Shown: one piece after another, positions 60,155-64,000 of the stretch
Layout: every line of letters starts with the position of its first letter
How positions within the stretch are numbered: the stretch's first letter is position 1
NCBI GenBank assembly: GCA_001599295.1
Contig: BCGN01000004.1
Location: 66,138-130,137, forward strand
Length of the DNA stretch: 64,000 nt
Source of the DNA: Sporopachydermia quercuum
Lineage: Eukaryota
Direction: 5' to 3'
Translations under genes and position numbers: made by a program
Notes under the pieces: generated by a model
The model's database searches: none
What the model saw: the letters and a program-made list of their open reading frames with translations, nothing else
What the model was told of the DNA's origin: nothing

Positions 60155-62412
60155 ATGAACCAATCAGATTAGTTAGTCATCTGAAGGTCCACTTTTAGAA
60201 TACGCCAAGAATACTCAAGACTCGTAGTAGATTGCTGTATTGAGATAAACCTGGTTTCTTATGACATGCGTTTCAATTATTGTCTCTAGGGTGTTTTATA
60301 CAGAAATCTGTCCGAAAAGGTCGGGTGGGGCCGTCCATACTGAGATAGAGCTGATGGGGACAATATGAGTTTCCTGGAAGTTTGTTAATGGAATTCAACG
60401 AACATTTCGGCTTCTGAAATATGGAAAGGATAAGTGGAAAATAATTAAGGATTAAAGTAAGACTGCGTGGAGTAGTTTAGTCTATATAGGCTATTGTTCG
60501 TGTTGATAATAGTTTGGTGATTGATATTATGTTGAATGCTGGTCGTTTGGCAGTCAAAGAGTAAGTAAGGAACATCAGACAACTGACGGATCACTAGTGT
60601 ATTAATTAAGAATGGGCTGGAATGTATAATCAAGAATGTACTGTCAAGCAGTCGATATATACTTGTCAGATTATATAGAAATGTCCAGCAAGAGGAGGAG
60701 AATATGATATTTCTGCAAGTACCTTTTCCTGGTTTTTAGATAGGCATGAATTAATTAAGCGAGCAATAACATTATCTTAGCATCTTCTTTAATTCAAACT
60801 GTCTGCACGTGACACACAGTAAAATTTATAATTATCTACTCAAACAACGCAATCATCAGACATCAGGGATTCTTCCCAAATAGACGAAGATCAATGAACC
60901 AGAATATCTTCCCGTTAAGGAAACAGAACATATGTTTCATTAAGCTGATAGACATCTCTTCTACTTAAATTCTACCTCCCAAAATCCATTGATTGAATAG
61001 GAAAGTGAACATAGGCACAATGGTAGTTTAGAATAAGTATTATCAATGACAAATTAGAAGTAATTTATAAGACAAGGAATTCTTCTATTTAGACCAATAA
61101 ATAGTATCTAGTTATGAAACGCTCCCTGTGAATAGAGAACCAAATTATCTAGATGGCTACTTAACATTAATAGCAATTATTTCGGTGATTGGTTCGGCAT
61201 CTAAGAGACATAAGATTTTCAGAAGTTACTTTGGTTCTACTTAGAATCTACTTCCTAATATAACCTATGTCCTCTAACCTCTCTAGTACCAGCTATTCTC
61301 ATAGTATCGCTATCATTATCATCCTATTTTCTCCATGTTTTCATACAGTTTGTATAACATGTCTTNAAAGAAAACACTTTCTCCTCCTCATAGAAAGGAT
61401 TCTTGGTAATGTCATATTCAAAATTATTTTAACTTTAAGTGAAATAAGGTAAAACCTAATATACTGAAATAGACACTGCCCTTCAAGTAACTGAAACTTA
61501 CAGAACCCTGAATGAATGAATGATTTAGGAAATTTATCATACCAACGGTATGGTTGAAATGTTTTTAGGCATATGCCCAAAAGTTAGTTAGATTTTGAGC
61601 TTATAACTAATAACTAAACAGTTATCATCTTAGAAGGTTTTTATTAGGTTTAGATGGTGCAATAGAAGTAGCTACCATTGCAATAGCTCTTGATACTTCA
61701 CCACCAATTTCGGGACATGTCTTACTTTGAACTGTATTGTACAAACTTACTTTGCGTACTTGATATACTATGCAACTACCCACGGAACATCCATGTTGCA
61801 ATCGTCACAGACAAATTCTGCTTTTCTATAAACCACTGCAAAATCCAATCACTTAATCATCATATTTGACATTTTATTTTTCTGTTATCAACCTGGAAGA
61901 TCCAAATTCTCAGCCATTTTTCGCATTTTACTGCTCTCATCCTTGTCCTGTCCCAATACAACCCCTCTTCCAATCTCTAGTCCGTTTGAGAACCCCTAGT
62001 CCTTTCTTGTTTGTTAGTCCTAAATTAAACTCGACACTGGTCTACCCTTCCCAAACTCTATTTCTAACGCTCAACCTAAACCCTATGTTTTAGCTCTAAA
62101 AAAACTTAACACATTTCTTCCCTGTTTTAATCAATAAAAGCGTCCACTTCTCCTCCAATTTAGCTTTAGTTACCTCTTTCTACCTCTTTATTACAACTAT
62201 CAACGCATTCCAAATTTTTAAACCTGTTTTCAAGTCGGATTTGTAGATTTTGTAGGTGTATTGGACTCCCGTGATCTTCACACACTCAACAACGGACATC
62301 ATAACAACTGTTGCAACTCTATTGGTCACCTCCCAATAATAACACTACATAAACATCATACACATACACAGATACATATACAAGTAGTATCAAAAACTTC
62401 TGCAACTATATA

Positions 62413-64000
62413 ATGGACAACCACCATCTTTTACTAAACAACAGTAACGCTGGGCCTATTCAAGCAATGAATATTCACCAAATGGCTTCAAATGCAAGAA
62501 CCAACTCATACGACTCTGTGGAATCGAGCTCGGTGTCTCCTGCTTCTATTGCCTCACCAGAATCATCGGTCTCATCGGCATCTTCGAACTCGGATACGGA
62601 AGTGAACACACAACCTTTGCTCAAGTTCACCAACGATGATGTTGAATCTTTGCTTCAAGCTGCAGGCGCTGTCGGCGTCGTGGAGCATTCCAACGGACAG
62701 GAGACCCTCATGGGATCTACTCAACACAATCAGCTGCCACTAGTTCAACAGGGGCACCACAACGTTGCAAACAGACAAATCCTGAACCCGGGAGCAACTG
62801 GAGTTTCTTCTACCGGAACCACAGCCACCGGAGCCACAACAACACAAGCCTCAGCCACCTCAGGACCCGCTACGACTTCCTCCTCTTCATCTTCCCTACC
62901 TTGCAAATGGGGTGAATGCACCTTGGTTTTCGATACCGCAGAAGAACTATATACCCACTTGTGCGACCACCATGTCGGCAGAAAATGTACCGGCAATTTA
63001 TCTCTAAATTGCGGCTGGGAACACTGTAAAACCTCCACTGTTAAACGAGACCATATCACGTCCCACATCAGAGTCCATGTTCCATTGAAGCCCTATGAAT
63101 GCGATTTTTGCAAAAAGAAGTTTAAAAGACCTCAGGACTTGAAAAAGCACATTAAAACTCATGCCGATGAAAGTGTTTTACTTGGGCCTGATGGTTCAGC
63201 TTCCCGTATAAGGCCAACCCGCCATTCGGGTCACAACGGGTATGGAAATATCTACAATGAAACGGATTATGGTTTATATTACAATAGAGGTTATCCTGTT
63301 GGGATTCCTGCGTATAATGCAGGAGGTGCAGCTGAACTTCATGTGCCTGCGACAGGAGCTGGAAACAGACAGTACATTGTACCTGTTCCCAATATGCCTA
63401 CTGGATACAGCGGTATTTATGCTGGCAATATTCAAGGACAGCCACTTTCTTATGTTTCTATGCCGGTTGAAGTCAATAGAAAGAGAAAGCAAGATTCCGT
63501 GCTTCAATTTTATAATGATGTTAAGAAATCAAAAGTGCTTCCACAATATACACCGGAGATGGCTAATAGGCTTGCGTCTCTAGAGTATAATTTAGCGTCC
63601 GGTGTTGGAGCCGCAAATGGAGCTAATGTCGGAGCTGAAAACGAGAATTCAATGCTGGCTTCCACCGGTTATGTTAATAGCAGTGTTAATCCTATTAGCC
63701 ACCACGCTAGTATTGCAGCCCCTGGCGGTATGTATAACGTGAAACATGGCCATAACCACGTTCAAGAGCTGTATGAAGCTGACAGGTTCTTCACTCAACT
63801 GTCTGCCAGCTTGGATCAACAGCAGCAGCAACAACAGCAACAGCAACAGCAAACAAACACTGGATACTATATTCCAGCAAATCAAACCCATATTGCTTCT
63901 GGTGCTCCTATTTCTGCTTCAGCTAGTGGCCCACTCCCTGGAACTACCGCTACCGGTGTTCTACCAGAAGTCCGATCCTCTTCCATCTCTTCAGCTTCAG
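62413..64000 (+). CDS. RIM101: pH-response C2H2 transcription factor Rim101/PacC (runs off the window end; absent from the ORF track)
   Basis: Three zinc fingers: CKWGEC...[18 protein letters not shown]...[12 protein letters not shown], and [25 protein letters not shown] polyQ tract lies near 63817-63853. Confidence 0.96.
   Translation, partial: MDNHHLLLNNSNAGPIQAMNIHQMASNARTNSYDSVESSSVSPASIASPESSVSSASSNSDTEVNTQPLLKFTNDDVESLLQAAGAVGVVEHSNGQETLMGSTQHNQLPLVQQGHHNVANRQILNPGATGVSSTGTTATGATTTQASATSGPATTSSSSSSLPCKWGECTLVFDTAEELYTHLCDHHVGRKCTGNLSLNCGWEHCKTSTVKRDHITSHIRVHVPLKPYECDFCKKKFKRPQDLKKHIKTHADESVLLGPDGSASRIRPTRHSGHNGYGNIYNETDYGLYYNRGYPVGIPAYNAGGAAELHVPATGAGNRQYIVPVPNMPTGYSGIYAGNIQGQPLSYVSMPVEVNRKRKQDSVLQFYNDVKKSKVLPQYTPEMANRLASLEYNLASGVGAANGANVGAENENSMLASTGYVNSSVNPISHHASIAAPGGMYNVKHGHNHVQELYEADRFFTQLSASLDQQQQQQQQQQQQTNTGYYIPANQTHIASGAPISASASGPLPGTTATGVLPEVRSSSISSAS

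Noticed and set aside
60204..60209. GCCAAG PacC/Rim101 site suggesting autoregulation
   Set aside because: It is a single hexamer 2.2 kb upstream of the gene and is expected by chance.
8430..61366. Scattered single 'n' bases, dense within BRE4
   Set aside because: They preserve reading frames and share no sequence context. They are most likely ambiguous or heterozygous base calls rather than biology.

Overview
AT-rich genomic DNA from an unusually intron-rich budding yeast (Saccharomycotina-like). Introns have TACTAAC-type branch points and mostly GTATGT/GTAAGT donors, and CTG sits at invariant Leu positions, indicating the standard code. I reconstruct 20 protein-coding genes: SCC2 (5'-truncated), SEC10, CDC1, a very long SAS4-domain protein, a stand-alone PGAP2/CWH43-N-like gene, an orphan spliced ORF, an HSL-type lipase, MRX7, OST4, BRE4, PTP1, a MER1-like KH protein, SSB1, RIO2, RTT106, DDC1, MPC1, an AMSH deubiquitinase, eIF2A and RIM101 (3'-truncated). 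MRX7, OST4, MPC1, RIM101 and most of the PGAP2-like gene are absent from the ORF track. There are three tRNA genes: Val-CAC and two tandem Gly-TCC. The main observations are an obligatory 2-nt microexon in MPC1, a candidate +1 'shifty stop' (CCG-TGA-A) that would extend the SAS4-like protein by 97 codons, a CWH43 N-domain gene lacking the C-terminal domain, and a probable dicistronic tRNA-Gly pair. No mobile element, rRNA or CRISPR was found. All gene names come from recalled family motifs, not database searches.
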